Positions 51,314-63,483 of a DNA stretch of 64,000 nt are shown here, piece by piece. A program made the position numbers and the translations under genes. Numbering within the stretch: position 1 is the stretch's first letter; each line of letters begins with the position of its first letter. Source of the stretch: Flaccisagitta enflata (Eukaryota); assembly GCA_965153355.1 (NCBI GenBank), contig OZ231126.1, forward strand, positions 34,782,001 through 34,846,000, given 5' to 3'. Below the pieces are notes generated by a model, which was given only the letters and a program-made list of their open reading frames with translations, was not told the origin of the DNA and did no database searches.

Positions 51314-51654
51314 TACAAGCAGAATTTTGTTATTGCCAACATAGAAATGAAAAGAAATTGACTTGAAGGGACTAAGTTTTTAGATCCAGTATAGGCGGAT
51401 ATCAATAACTCTTGGATCCGTCATAATTATACCGGGGGTTAATTTAGTATGATGGAAGATAGCTGCTAAAAAATGGAGCTACCGCACATAGATCATTCAA
51501 ATGGGACCAATCTCGTTTGGAAGCTACCATGCAATCTATGTGACATTTCTTCAGATAATAATATTTTTCCAAGCAAGTTTGTGAACCTAAATGGCTATCA
51601 CAGTCGCGTACTATAATCATTAGTCATGATGATTCACCATTAGTAAAGACGAAC

Positions 51655-51875
51655 CTGAAGTAATACTAATCCCAACAGAGAAGTTGACGGTGTCTGAATC
51701 AACGAGAAGATGTTATCCATGAAGTCGGGATAGAAATGGGGCCAATCGTGCCTTCCAACGTCGACTATTAACTTGGCGAGCTTATTCTTTACGAAGTAGA
51801 GCAACTGAGCATGCCGTTCGAGTAAGAAAGACGTTAATGTTGTGCGGATCTGAGTTTTTGTCTCCGTATCCAAAC
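51655..51875 (-). CDS. XPO6: Exportin-6 coding exon 2
   Basis: cttag acceptor, phase 1 in and phase 0 out, GT donor at 51654. Peptide LLYFVKNKLAKLIVDVGRHDWPHFYPDFMDNIFSLIQ matches XPO6 (YFIRNKLCKVIVDIGRQDWPMFY). Confidence 0.93.
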
Positions 51876-52810
51876 CTAAGTTAATGGAAATTTCAGCAAT
51901 TTTAATATATCGAATAATAGATTTAAATAAATCATGTCATGTAGTCTTAACTAGGCAAAACATAACACTGATAAATGTAGGCTGTTCCAGCGGCTGAAAT
52001 GTTGGAAGATGCAACCCGGCAGTCAGGTGTGCCAAATAGAGGATGATGACCAATTTTAACATCGTAACCGTCATTCAAAATGGGAATTTGGACAATTTTG
52101 ACGATCGATGGTATCCTTTTTTCAAAAATCGATTGGCAAACTTTTTTTTTGAGACATGTCCGCTCTCTTGTTTGTCAAGAGACATATAGTTGGCTCAAAG
52201 GGATACCGTTCTACAATTATAGATTTCCGATACGATAGAATAAGTAAGCTGCTGTTCAGTTTTACCACGTGGATCAAAAAAAAAAAAGACGCACCTGTTT
52301 ATTGATTGAGGAAATAGATATAAAAATCAATTCTAACGATTTTCAAAACAGACATTTTGAAAGATTTTCAAATTATCTTTCCATCTAGACCAATCTCAGG
52401 TTTGTATTTCAATCTCAATCTCAGTTTGGGAGCTAGAACTCTGCAAAGAGAAGCACTGATTTGCTAAAATGCATTTTTACATGAGAATTGCGAAACTGAA
52501 ATGGGCAATGTTTTCACTCAAACCAATGCCATTTCTAAACGAAAAAAGATAGCAATACCAGATTGGCGCCTAGTGAAGGTACTTTCAAAGAGCTTTCAAA
52601 TGATCTAACATTTTTACAACTTTTTCTTAGATTCATGGCAAAATAGGTGATTCAAAAGTGCGTCTCTTTTTTTTAGTAGTATGGTACACCTCATGGTAAA
52701 ATAAAAAATGGTTCGAACTAAACAAATACAGGAAATGAAAATAAGTCAATAACACGATTACAACAATATGAAAGTTAGGTGGGCAAAATAGGGGTTATGC
52801 AAAAAAAAAA

Positions 52811-54386
52811 AAATTACAGTCCCCGACTGGACTGTAATTTGAAGCTTTCTGTTTGTAAACACAACTCGACAAGATACACTACATAACAGCAATTTCAAGA
52901 AGAAAAAAAATATTGTTTTAATGATGACAAAACTTGACAAGGATAACAATAGTGGATGATGATGATGACAAAAAGAATTTTCAAAAAAAAAAAAATTTTT
53001 CAAAAAAAAAAAAAATTTCAAAAAAAAAAAAAAATTTAAAAAAAAATTTTTTTTTTAAAAAAAAAAAAAAAAAAAACTTTTAAAAAAGAAAAAAAAAATT
53101 CAAAAAAATTTTGAAAAAAAAATAACAAAAAAACTTTTCAAAAAATTTAATAGTTGAAGATGATGACAGTAGTCGAAGATGATGACAGTAGTTGAGGATG
53201 TTGGCAGTAGATGGAGATGATGACAGTAGATGGAGATGATGACAGTAATTGCAGATGATGACAGTGGTTGAAGATGATGACAGTAGTTGAAGATGATGAC
53301 AGTAGTTGAAGATGATCACAGTGGTTGAAGATGATCACAGTGGTTGAAGATGATCACAGTGGTTGAAGATGATCACAGTAGTTGAAGATGATCACAGTAG
53401 TTGAAGATGATCACAGTAGTTGAAGATGATCACAGTAGTTGAAGATGATCACAGTAGTTGAAGATGATCACAGTAGTTGAAGATGATCACAGTAGTTGAA
53501 GATGATCACAGTAGTTGAAGATGATCACAGTAGTTGAAGATGATCACAGTAGTTGAAGATGAATCTTGAAATCCATGATGGCAAACCTAAAGAAAAAATC
53601 AGAATGTAATAAATGAGCAAGTAAAAGAACTCCAATCCTCTATATAAATCTAAGTCCTAGTAACATATTACTACATTAATAAGCTTATATCTTATAAACC
53701 AGACTTCAGATTTAATTCGAATTTTGCAGGGGCAGTTCAATTATTATCCTTTACTTGTATACCAAATTAAAAAAAAATTCACATAACTTTGCTACCCTTT
53801 GCCTATGTAAAATGCTTAAGTCATAGTAACATATTACTACATAAAAAAGCTAATATCTCATAAACCAGATTTCAGATTTAATTCGAATTTTGCAGGGGTT
53901 AGTTATTTACTACCTTCTACTTGTGTACCAAATTTGAAAAAAATTCACATACCTTTACTACCCTTTGTCTATGTAAATTGCCAGAGTCCTAGCAACATAC
54001 TACTACATAAATAAGCTAATATCTCAGGAACCAGACCTCAGATTTAATTCGAATTTTGCAGGGGTTGTTTATTTACTACCCTCTGCTTGTATACCAAATC
54101 TAAAAAAAATTCATAAACCTTTACTACCCTCTACCTATGTAAACCACCTAAGTCCCAGCTAAATATTACTACAAAAGTAATAGGCAAAGGGTAGTAAAAG
54201 TTAATGAATTTTTCTGAAAATTGGTACACAAGCTCCCATTGACATAAAAATAACACTGGTAAAGTTTCATGAACTTCTGAGGTCTGGTTCAAAAGATATG
54301 AGAAGGTTTTAAACGAACGAACGACGACAACAGACTACACGATCAGGTCCATCACATAGTCACCGACGAAAACTGTTCGTCGGGGA

Positions 54387-54390
<4 letters not shown>
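52811..54390 (-). mobile_element. HINE family B, independent diverged insertion in XPO6 intron 1
   Basis: Hairpin AAATTACAGTCC-ccgact-GGACTGTAATTT containing GTCCCCGAC (52819-52827), with GTCGGGGAC at 54379-54387. Contains a 19-bp array, ~166-bp repeats and poly-A flanks. Confidence 0.8.
53150..53562. repeat. 19-bp satellite, GATCAC variant
   Basis: GATCACAGTAGTTGAAGAT tandem units. Confidence 0.95.
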
Positions 54391-54419
<29 letters not shown>

Positions 54420-55185
54420 AAAGAATAAGCAAAATGTGAAAAAAAGAAAAACGGTAAAGGCGTTATGTTGAAATTGGTAGCCCCAAGTTGTCCTAGTGTG
54501 TTATCTCCATAGCATTATGTATTGCATATTGGCACACCCGGCAACCGAAACCTGTAGTTTTTTCAGACGAATAAGTCGAGGCCTCATGCGTAACATGTCA
54601 TGGGACAGTCGGTCCTGAGTCAATTAGACCATAGGTTCGGGGTAGAAAGTTTGAAGGTTGAGGTTATAGGTAATTAGGCTTCAATTAGGCCTGGGAGCTG
54701 GAAAAGTGACCATTTAGGGCCATAGTGAGCACGCTGTGAAGAAAATGGCCCTGACATGATAAAGATATTAAAACGCTTCATTTTTCCATGGATATTGTTG
54801 TGTAAATCTTTGTTTTTAAGGCGTGTTTTATTTTATTTCCATTGATCTTCACATTCACTTGAAACATTAAAACCTGCCCTATAGTTTTATTGATATTTTC
54901 CTTCATTTTCTCTTTGAATACAATCTCAATTAAGAACGTTTTTTCTTTGCAAAGGAAAGTCAAGAGGAAAAAAAAAAGTCAACGGTAATGCCCGAATTAC
55001 TCATTGGCACAATAAACGGTCCGTCAGTCAGATTTTGACTACGATATCAAGGGGAACGCCCCTGACATCGCCAGCAATTAAAGGTTTGAAAACAACTTAT
55101 GAACTTGAAACTACCTTATATTTAAAGAAAAAAGTGACGTTCTCATAAAAGAAAGTGTAGTTACGAAAAACATGGATAGGATTAC

Positions 55186-55462
55186 CTTGCCATCTTTTAT
55201 TGATAACATTTTCGACGACAGTCATGGAATACATCATTACGTATTCGTTGGTCGAATTGGCTAAGAAGTAAAAACCCATTCTCCAGGAATCTTTTTGAGC
55301 TCCGAAATCGTTCAGTAACGTCTCGATTTCTCGCTTCCGTTCGTTTCTCGTTGACGGAGAAAAGAATTCGTTTAAAAGAGCGTCGAGAGCCTGAAGCGTG
55401 GCAGCGGAGTCGGGAGTTGGCGGAGGCACAGATGGAGACGCCATCACTGAGGCGCCCTCCAT
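55186..55462 (-). CDS. XPO6: Exportin-6 first coding exon (importin-beta-like N-terminal region)
   Basis: Translation MEGASVM...LQALDALLNEFFSPSTRNERKREIETLLNDFGAQKDSWRMGFYFLANSTNEYVMMYSMTVVENVINKRWQ closely matches the XPO6 N-terminus as I recall it (ALESLMTEFF..TTNERKREIEELLNNF..YVMMYSLTVFENLINK). ATG at 55462, alternative ATG at 55444. GT donor at 55185, phase 1. A likely acceptor (tttacag) precedes 55577, implying an upstream UTR exon. Confidence 0.93.
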
Positions 55463-55733
55463 GGGAAAAGTCGATGACAGCGTCGGAGGGAGACTACGAT
55501 CCGAACGGGGAGGGACGACGCCCGGCATTGAAAGTGAGAAAATCGCTAGTCTAGGCCCAGTGCTAGTGCCTACCAGTCTGTAAATAATGAAAAAAGGTCT
55601 TGCATAAGTTGGGCGGACCAACAAATATGAAATATAAAACTTCGATGTTAAGCAATAAAGAATATAACGTTCTTATAGTTATAAAAAGAAAAAATTAAAA
55701 AACTAAAAAACTAAGAGAAGATTTGAGAGACAG

Positions 55734-55735
<2 letters not shown>

Positions 55736-55815
<80 letters not shown>

Positions 55816-56250
55816 GCTTTCAATAGAGTAGGAAGAGGAGTACACCGTGTTAACTGATAGTCGAAAGGAAGAGGATTCTAAAAGCACTCGTTCAGTAGTA
55901 ATCGACAATCATGAGCTATTCCTCTTCATATCAGGAAGAGGGAGGAGGCGAAGAGAAGAGGACAATTCTTGAACATTTTCAATGCTGTCGGCTTGTCGCT
56001 GATTGCTGCATGTCCAAACCGCTCTTAAGAGTTTCTCCTCTTTGAGTAGCCGATCTTTTTCAAAGAACGGTTGCGACCGACTGACCGAGCGAGCGAGCAA
56101 GCGAGCGAGCGAGCGAGCAAGCGAGCGAGCGACCGAGCAAGCGAGCGACCGAGCAAGCGAGCGAGCGAGCGACCGAGCAAGCGAGCGAGCGAGCGAGCGA
56201 CCGAGCAAGCGAGCGAGCGACCGAGCAAGCGAGCGAGCGACCGACCGACC
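55736..56250. repeat. (CT)n and (GAGC/GACC/AAGC)n microsatellites upstream of the first XPO6 coding exon
   Basis: (CT)n at 55736-55810 and a tetranucleotide array at about 56075-56250. Confidence 0.9.
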
Positions 56251-56503
56251 GGGAAAGAAAGAAAATAAGAGAGGAAAAGTGTGAGAGAAAATAAGAAATC
56301 TGCTAGGAAACTAGCCATTTCGTAGCTATTTCTAGTGAATTTTGGGGCCTACTCGCGATAACTTTTTGCTATCTAGCTACTAGCGAATTATCTAGCGATT
56401 TTCTCTGATACACCTTGTAAATCTAGCTGTTCCTAGCTAATTTTAGCAATTTTTTTGAAAAAAAAATCTAGCCAATCTAGCTAATGTTAGCTAATTTTAT
56501 CTA

Positions 56504-56931
56504 CACTTTTTATTTTTTATAAGAACCTAGTTTATAAGAACATCAAGGCTTCAAATGGCCTCAAAATTAAGAACATCTTAAGAACATATGAAGGCTTCAA
56601 ATTCTGCAAAAACAATCTTGCAAATGGTAAAACTTAAAAAACGTTGATAAAACACCTATCATTAATATGATTACTATAATATTCTACAATTTTCAATCAA
56701 AATACTAAAACAGTATCCCCAGATATGACATTTTAGCTTCTATTTTAGTAGTTATTGATAAGTATGTATTAAGTATTATCACATGATAATAAATTATAAG
56801 GTTTGTTATAGTTTGTATAATATTTGAAATTAAGAACGCTCTAAGAACGTTGAAGGCTTGATTTGGCCCCAAAAATAAGAACATGAAGCCTTTGAAAAAA
56901 AAATGACGTTCTTATAAAAAAATAAAAAGTG
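56504..56931. mobile_element. TA-flanked AAGAAC-motif MITE
   Basis: TIR CACTTTTTATTTTTTATAAGAAC. Relatives at 13408-13830, with fragments near 4320-5630, 7180-7300, 11140-12656 and 58280-59025. Confidence 0.75.
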
Positions 56932-57553
56932 TACTATCTAGAAAACAATTGCTTTCCTAGCAAATTTTATTTTTTTCCATCTTTTTTTCGACTTCAATTG
57001 AAAAGTAGCAATATAATATCTAGACTTGGTATGTTTTTAAACCTGATTATTATCATTTTGAATATACCTGCTCGTTATTTTCTATCTTTTGTGAGGGTCG
57101 CAAGCTGTTTAATAACATCAGTGGTTGTAAGACCCCTGACATAATGAGGCGAACAGGGAACATATGCCTTAAAGAGTGAAATAGTGGCCCAAGCCCTTCA
57201 AGATTTGACAAAGAAATAGCAAAAATATCTACTTTGACATGGTAAAGTAACTGAGAGGAATTATTTACGGTACACAAGGCATTTGGACCGCCATTAACGG
57301 AACAGGGATCTTCAATCGCGGAACAAGGTCAATTATATCACTTCATAAGGATCCGGTTATCATTGCCTCTAAATTCATGTTGAGAACCAGATCCGGAACA
57401 GAAATACTTTTTAGTACGGTTTGGGATCTTGGATCCGATCCAGTAGAGCAATTCTAAAGAAAGAATGTAAGCAAAATTTTTTTGGGGAAAATTGTGATTT
57501 ACTATGTAGTGATGGTACAGGGTGTTGAAATTGTTAGATATGTATTTTGGCAA

Positions 57554-57554
<1 letters not shown>

Positions 57555-57638
<84 letters not shown>

Positions 57639-57832
57639 GAGAGAGAGAGAGAAAAAAAAAAGGGAGAAAAAGAAAGGGAGAGAAAGGGGGGAGAGAAAGA
57701 AAAGGAGAGAGAAAGAAAAGGAGAGAAAAAGAAAGGGAGAGAGAAAAAAAGGGAGAGAGAAAGAATATATTTCTTTTTTGTTCAATTTAAATGAATAATA
57801 TGCTTAGTCATGGCGCTTATCAGCCTACTTAA

Positions 57833-57888
<56 letters not shown>

Positions 57889-58670
57889 ACATAGTATCTC
57901 TGTAATACACTGAGTATCATGCATTGAATCAGATTTTTATAAAGAAAATTGAGCTTACTTTTATGCACTAGGAGGAGCTCCGGATCCGGATCCGGACCCG
58001 AGAAGATCCCAAAAGATCTTAAAAGGATAATTGAACTTACTGGGATCGATTGAGAATATCAAGAAGATCCCTGACCTTTTTTTTAAAGATCCCTGACCCA
58101 TTACCAGTACAGAAGTAATAGGAAGGATTGCGATGTGCGGTAGAAGGGTGGGAAGGTACAGTAGATGTCGTCTATACTTGGAAATACGGGGACCTCATAT
58201 CATAACTACCATTTGTGCAAATGCAATGAAACTGTGTGTTTATAATGCTTATGTCCTATAGGGTTGACGATGGGGTACATTTTTTTTTATAAGAGACAAC
58301 CTTTTTTCAACTCAGGCTGAGTGTTCTTAAATTCCAAGTCATTTTCAGCCTCGAATTCTCTTAATTTGTTCTTATTTTCCCTGACTTAATCCATTACTAC
58401 TAATACTATCAATGATATGAATATCGCTACTACTGATATTACTATTATTGATACTACTGTTATTGCTACTGTTACTACTACTACTACTACTACTACCACT
58501 ACTACTACTACTACCTCAACCACTGCTAGTACTACTCTACAACTAACATATAACTAATATTACTGCTACTACTACTTTTACTACTACTACTACTTTTACT
58601 ACTACAACTACTACTACTACTGATACTGCTACTACTTTTGCTGCTACTATCACTACTTTTACTACTCTCA
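57555..58670. repeat. Cluster of simple repeats: (AG)n(GACA)n, purine tract, (TC)n and (TAC)n
   Basis: Visible at 57555-57760, 57836-57887 and 58425-58665. Confidence 0.85.
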
Positions 58671-59897
58671 CTTGTAATAAAAGGAAAAACAAGGCCTACA
58701 CCTAAAAGTCGCGTGCAAGACAAACAGAATCTGTTGGTAACAGAATGACTTAGAATGATTTAGAATGACTTAGTTTAACCAAAAAATCTTGACTTGAATG
58801 ACCTAAAGAAATAAAATTGATAAAAAAAGTAAAATGGGGACCAACCGACTGACCAACTGATCGACCAACCAACGGACGGACAAAGCGGGGTGTAGAGTCG
58901 CATGCACGCTAAAAATTAGCTGAGGCAAAAGTCAGCCTGAGCTGTCTCTTATTTTGTTCTTAAATTTTCAGTGAATCTCAGCCTCATGTCTCTTATAAAA
59001 AAGTCTCTTATAAAAGAAAAAGTGTATTTGGGTGCTTCGCATAGCAAAAGTCGGTTATTTCTTTTCGCCCTTTTTACGTAATATAAAGTGACCAATTTTA
59101 GCAAAAATCATTTATCTACTGTTTTTGAAAAAAATTGCTTTTGAGGACTTAATTGGCATAATGCAGTGGGATAAAACAATATGCTGATATTGTTTGAATC
59201 AGCTTTCATAATTTTTTAATCTTTATAGAATTGCAATTCTGCCTTTTCATTTGCTTTTTCATAAGTTATGTTCTGATACTATAGTTTATTTTTTCATACA
59301 TCATGATTTTTTAAAACAAATAATTATTCTTTTTGTAACAAAACTAAACAGGATTTTGCTGAATTCTAGGAAATCAGTGGAAACTTTAAGGCCAAAACAA
59401 AAACGGAAGATAAAAGAATTTTAAAAATGATTTTTGCTCCTCCACATTACCTAAATAGGGTGAAGGGATACTCCCAACTTTTGCTATGTGAAGCACCCAA
59501 ATGGGGTATGGCAGCTCTGTGGATAGAAAATTCTTTTGAATATACTAAATCATATTAGCTTCACTGGGACAGCTGTTGGAATTGGTCTAGTGGTTAATTC
59601 ACTTGACTTCAGATTTATTATGATCAGTTTATTTCTTTGAAGGTTCCAGGTTTGAATCCCAAGCTGGTTTTGCAATTAAAGCAAATAGATGAAGCTGAAA
59701 TTCTGCTATAAAAATGATTTATCTTAATGTTTTATACTAAAAGTTTTTTTTATAAGGTAAGCCGTAAGGGGATGCCATACCCTATCGTCAACCCCTTAGG
59801 GTCTATACATAACCCCAGCAAAATATCAGTCCCCTCATTATACTGATGCTCAGGTTATGAGCTCCCCCGTATTTCCAAGTCTAGACAACATCTACTG
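58159..59897. mobile_element. TA-flanked TIR element with nested elements and a tRNA-like unit
   Basis: TIR CAGTAGATGT.GTCTA.ACTTGGAAATACGGGG. Inner TIR element TTTGGGTGCTTC.CATAGCAAAAGT at about 59027-59501. Confidence 0.75.
59576..59670 (+). pseudogene. Degenerate tRNA-like unit
   Basis: A-box TGGTCTAGTGG (59583-59593) and B-box-like GGTTTGAATCC (59649-59659). The stems are broken. Confidence 0.4.
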
Positions 59898-60353
59898 TAA
59901 TAAGTCAGAAATGGCAAATCGGATTTTAACTGATTTTCTCCACAATATTTCTACATGAAGATGGCACATCTTTACGGCTGTTTTTCGTGGCCTATACTCA
60001 AGCAATTTGTCTTCGATGGTTAAAGACTTATTCTTTTAATGATTTTAAGGAAAAGGGGACCAAGAAATGGACAGGGGCAGCCCCTGAAACTGACAAAATT
60101 GTGCATTAAGCAAAGCAGTAACAAGGCCGGATACACGGCCATCAGTTGCGGATGGGTGGGCAGGAGCGGAAATACGCATTTTCCCACTTTTTGACTATGG
60201 TTACAGACTGACGGACGGACAGACAAAGCCTCTTATAGAGTTGCGTGTCCGCAACTAAAAATGGAAAAAGTGGAACTGTCTCCTATCAGAAAATGGCGAT
60301 ATAACGACTTGAATGGGCTTTAAACCTAGTTAATCAGGCCTGTATATAGTTAA

Positions 60354-62693
60354 GGGAGTACGAGAAGGGGTCACCATAACGAAATGAGCTTGCTACCCTA
60401 TTTTTGGCTCAGTAGACTCAAAATATTAGGGTTTGTACCAATTTGGGGGCTGTGCCAATATCTTCAGTAATTTTATAGCGTTTTTGAGTTAAAATATTGG
60501 TTCTTAAGTAAAAATACATTACTTCCTAAAGTTTTCATGTACTATTTCATGCATTTAAATGCAAAGAATACATTTTTTTCATTTTAAAAAAGTAGCTTCT
60601 TTAACCTAGAAAAAAAAATAGTCAATATTACACAATTACAGTATGATTCTTGAGCATTTCAATTAGTACTGTGATTTTCTAACTGTTCTGTGATTTGAAT
60701 TGATCAAAACCCCATCAATTGAATGAAGATGAAAGAAAAAAGTTCAGATAGGTTTTTCAGTTCATGTATATATCTGTTATCACATCAACCATCATTCAGG
60801 AAAAAAAATTGCATAAAACAATAGAGTACATAAAAAAAGATTTGTTGCCAAAGGCAACTGAGTAAGATTCTTGAATAGGAGATCTAATGATCAAGCAGAC
60901 AATTTGGATGAGCTAAGATAAAAAGTATGTGTTTTGATTTGTATGATTGCCAAAAAATTGCATGTGTGAAACTGCCTAATGAAATGCATCATAGGGAAGA
61001 TCAAAGACCTGAGCATGGGGCACTAACAGGGAGACCATTTCATACACCAGTTTTTGTGTAATGTAATACAACTTCAAATAATTGTTCTGCCACAATGTTT
61101 TTGAAACTCATAAGTTCTCTCATAGAGTTCCGCGCCCTGCAGTATGTGTGGATATCACTTTTAACCATTATTCAGCCATATCTGAGCCAATCAGTTGTCC
61201 CCACATGGCCTCAATGATCTCACGATTGAGAAGGGTAAATACCAAATCTTTTCTTTTTCCATTTTTAGCCAATGTTATTGAACGCCTGATTTCAAGGATG
61301 CGTTTCCTTTCAAAGTCATCCAAAACTTCATCATTGCGATAGATACAAAATTTTTTCCCTTGATGATCATTTGCTCTTGTTTTCAGAGTAGTGAGAGCTA
61401 GCACACAAATGCTATCTTGTTGCTGAGGCTCCTCCACAGGTACCCTAGACCTCTTAACTTGCTTACTGGCAGACTGAGTATCTACTGACTCAGAAGCCAC
61501 ATAAACATCTTCTACAGTAATAACCTCTTGGTCAAATAGGTCAACTGAGTGCAAAGCAAGCAGATTTTCATACATCAGTTTGGCTGTGATATTGTACTGC
61601 TTGAAATAGACAAAATCATTTGGCATTTTGAAAACAAAACCTTTTTCAACTTCACTTCTGCTTCAATTTGATGAACTTTTTTCAGTTTGGCCTTGAGCTC
61701 CTTGTCTTTCAACAAGTTGGCTCCCTCATTACCAAAAGCAAGATCTGAACTTTTTTTAGCACAAGTCTGTTACTGATAGCTTGGAAAGCAGAGCATCCTT
61801 TGCTTCTTTGCTGTTTAAAAAGATGTCCAAAATAATTTTCTCAAACTTTGTTGTCCACAGGGATGATACTGAATTCCTCATTGCCTTGACAGAGTTGCAA
61901 CAAGCTGTTTCATCAAGACTTTCATTGCACTTTCCAGTGACATCATACTGCTTAAGATGTTTATGAAAAGACTCCATCGATTCTTGTCTGTACTTTCTTC
62001 CAAATCTATCCTCGAGAGCTGGAAGAGCATGCCTCTCAACTGAGCTGAATTTCAACCTGAGTATGGTTCCATCATTTGTTTATACAGATTTTGAAAGATA
62101 CTTTAAAGAGCCAAATGAGTTGGTCTAGGTTACTGATCCAACAGAATGCCAAGAAGTGGCCCCATCAAATGATAGCCAACAAGAACTTCTTCAGTCCATT
62201 CATAATGAACTTTAGAGGAAGGAAGCAGGGAGTGAAGGAGTTTGGCCACTTCATTTTGACATTTTGTGTCAAGATCCAGATATGCCATAAGACTGTCCTT
62301 CATTTCAAGGACTTTGAGGGATGGTTTGCATTGGCGACCAAAATTCATTAGTATTGCATCATTTCTGCATCTATTTTTGAGAAAAAAATTGATTTTTTTT
62401 TTTGTCAATTCTTAGACTGGCAGGGCTCTTTCACTATTTCAGGCACACTTACTAGTTTAAGATAAAAAAAATAGTTAAATAAAAAAGTAAAAACATTTTT
62501 TTTGCAAAAAATTGATGAAAAAAACGTCAAAAATCATAGAAAAATCAGTTTTTTAAGCGATCCCAGGGGTTTTTTTTAACCTATCGAGCTGAAAAAAGTT
62601 TCTAACATCTTCTCTAAGCCCTACTCACATGTTAATTGGGTAGCAAGAGTGATATTTTGAAAATAGTGATTTTCTCCTGAATCTTGTACTCCC
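60354..62693 (-). mobile_element. TTAA-bounded DNA element (Kolobok-like termini) with decayed coding remnant
   Basis: TTAA-GGGAGTACGAGA ... TCTTGTACTCCC-TTAA, plus a sub-terminal CTTGCTACCC/GGGTAGCAAG pair. The superfamily is inferred from termini only. Confidence 0.7.
61168..62408 (-). pseudogene. Fragmented ORF inside the TTAA element, probably a transposon protein relic
   Basis: Three collinear, non-repetitive, protein-like ORFs (92, 99 and 152 aa) separated by stops or frameshifts. No catalytic motif recognised. Confidence 0.5.
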
Positions 62694-63483
62694 TTAATAT
62701 AGTTGCATATACCCCCCGGCAGGGGGGAGAATAAAATCAAAGGATTTGGAAATGGGGAAGAAAATCAAAGGGTAGAAAAACTAAAAACAGAAAAATATGG
62801 AAAATATTACACTTTTGACAGTACTTAAATGTAATATTTAGTCACCACAACACTAACTTTTACTATTAAAACCAAAATATTATTATATTATATTGGGGGT
62901 ATATGGGGAAGAAAATCAAGTGTAATTCGACCCTGCGGGGAAGAAAACCAAAGGACCAGGGGGGGGGGAAAGAAATCAAAGGTCGTGCAACTATATACAT
63001 CCCTGCCTAGTTTTTGAAATATTTTTGACTTGACTTGAATGAAATTTACACTGTGAAAAAAACTGAAAATATCCCAAAGTGTCATTCAAATAGATAAAAT
63101 TCAACCTCAGTTCGCCTAATTTTGTCAGGGGTGTTAAAAGGCTGTGTGATACTCCATACACATGCCCCTTTCTTTGTTTCAGACTTTGGAGAAATTTTGA
63201 CTAATTGTAAATTATGACGCTTTTGTAAGTTTCCTTTAAAGGGACTCCTTTTACCAATCATTTCAAATCCCCATATGTATCTATGCACCCCCCTCTGGAT
63301 AGCCCCCAAGAGAAAAACCAAAAAACTGTTTCTGGGGACCCCAAGAACTATCATCTAGGAGGTCTTGGCTACCTAAAACAACATCAAACTAAATCATTTG
63401 AATGCAAAATTTTGATATAAGTCATTTTTTTTGCAAAAAACAAGCATTTTTTAGTATATTTGGCACTTTCTGTTCAAGTACAA

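Noticed and set aside
55909-57798. ORFs made of RSLA, ASER, RE and DRQT repeats, also at 3128-3436
   Set aside because: Microsatellite translations.
59576-59670. Functional selenocysteine or opal-suppressor tRNA
   Set aside because: The acceptor, D and T stems do not pair. At most a decayed tRNA-like unit.
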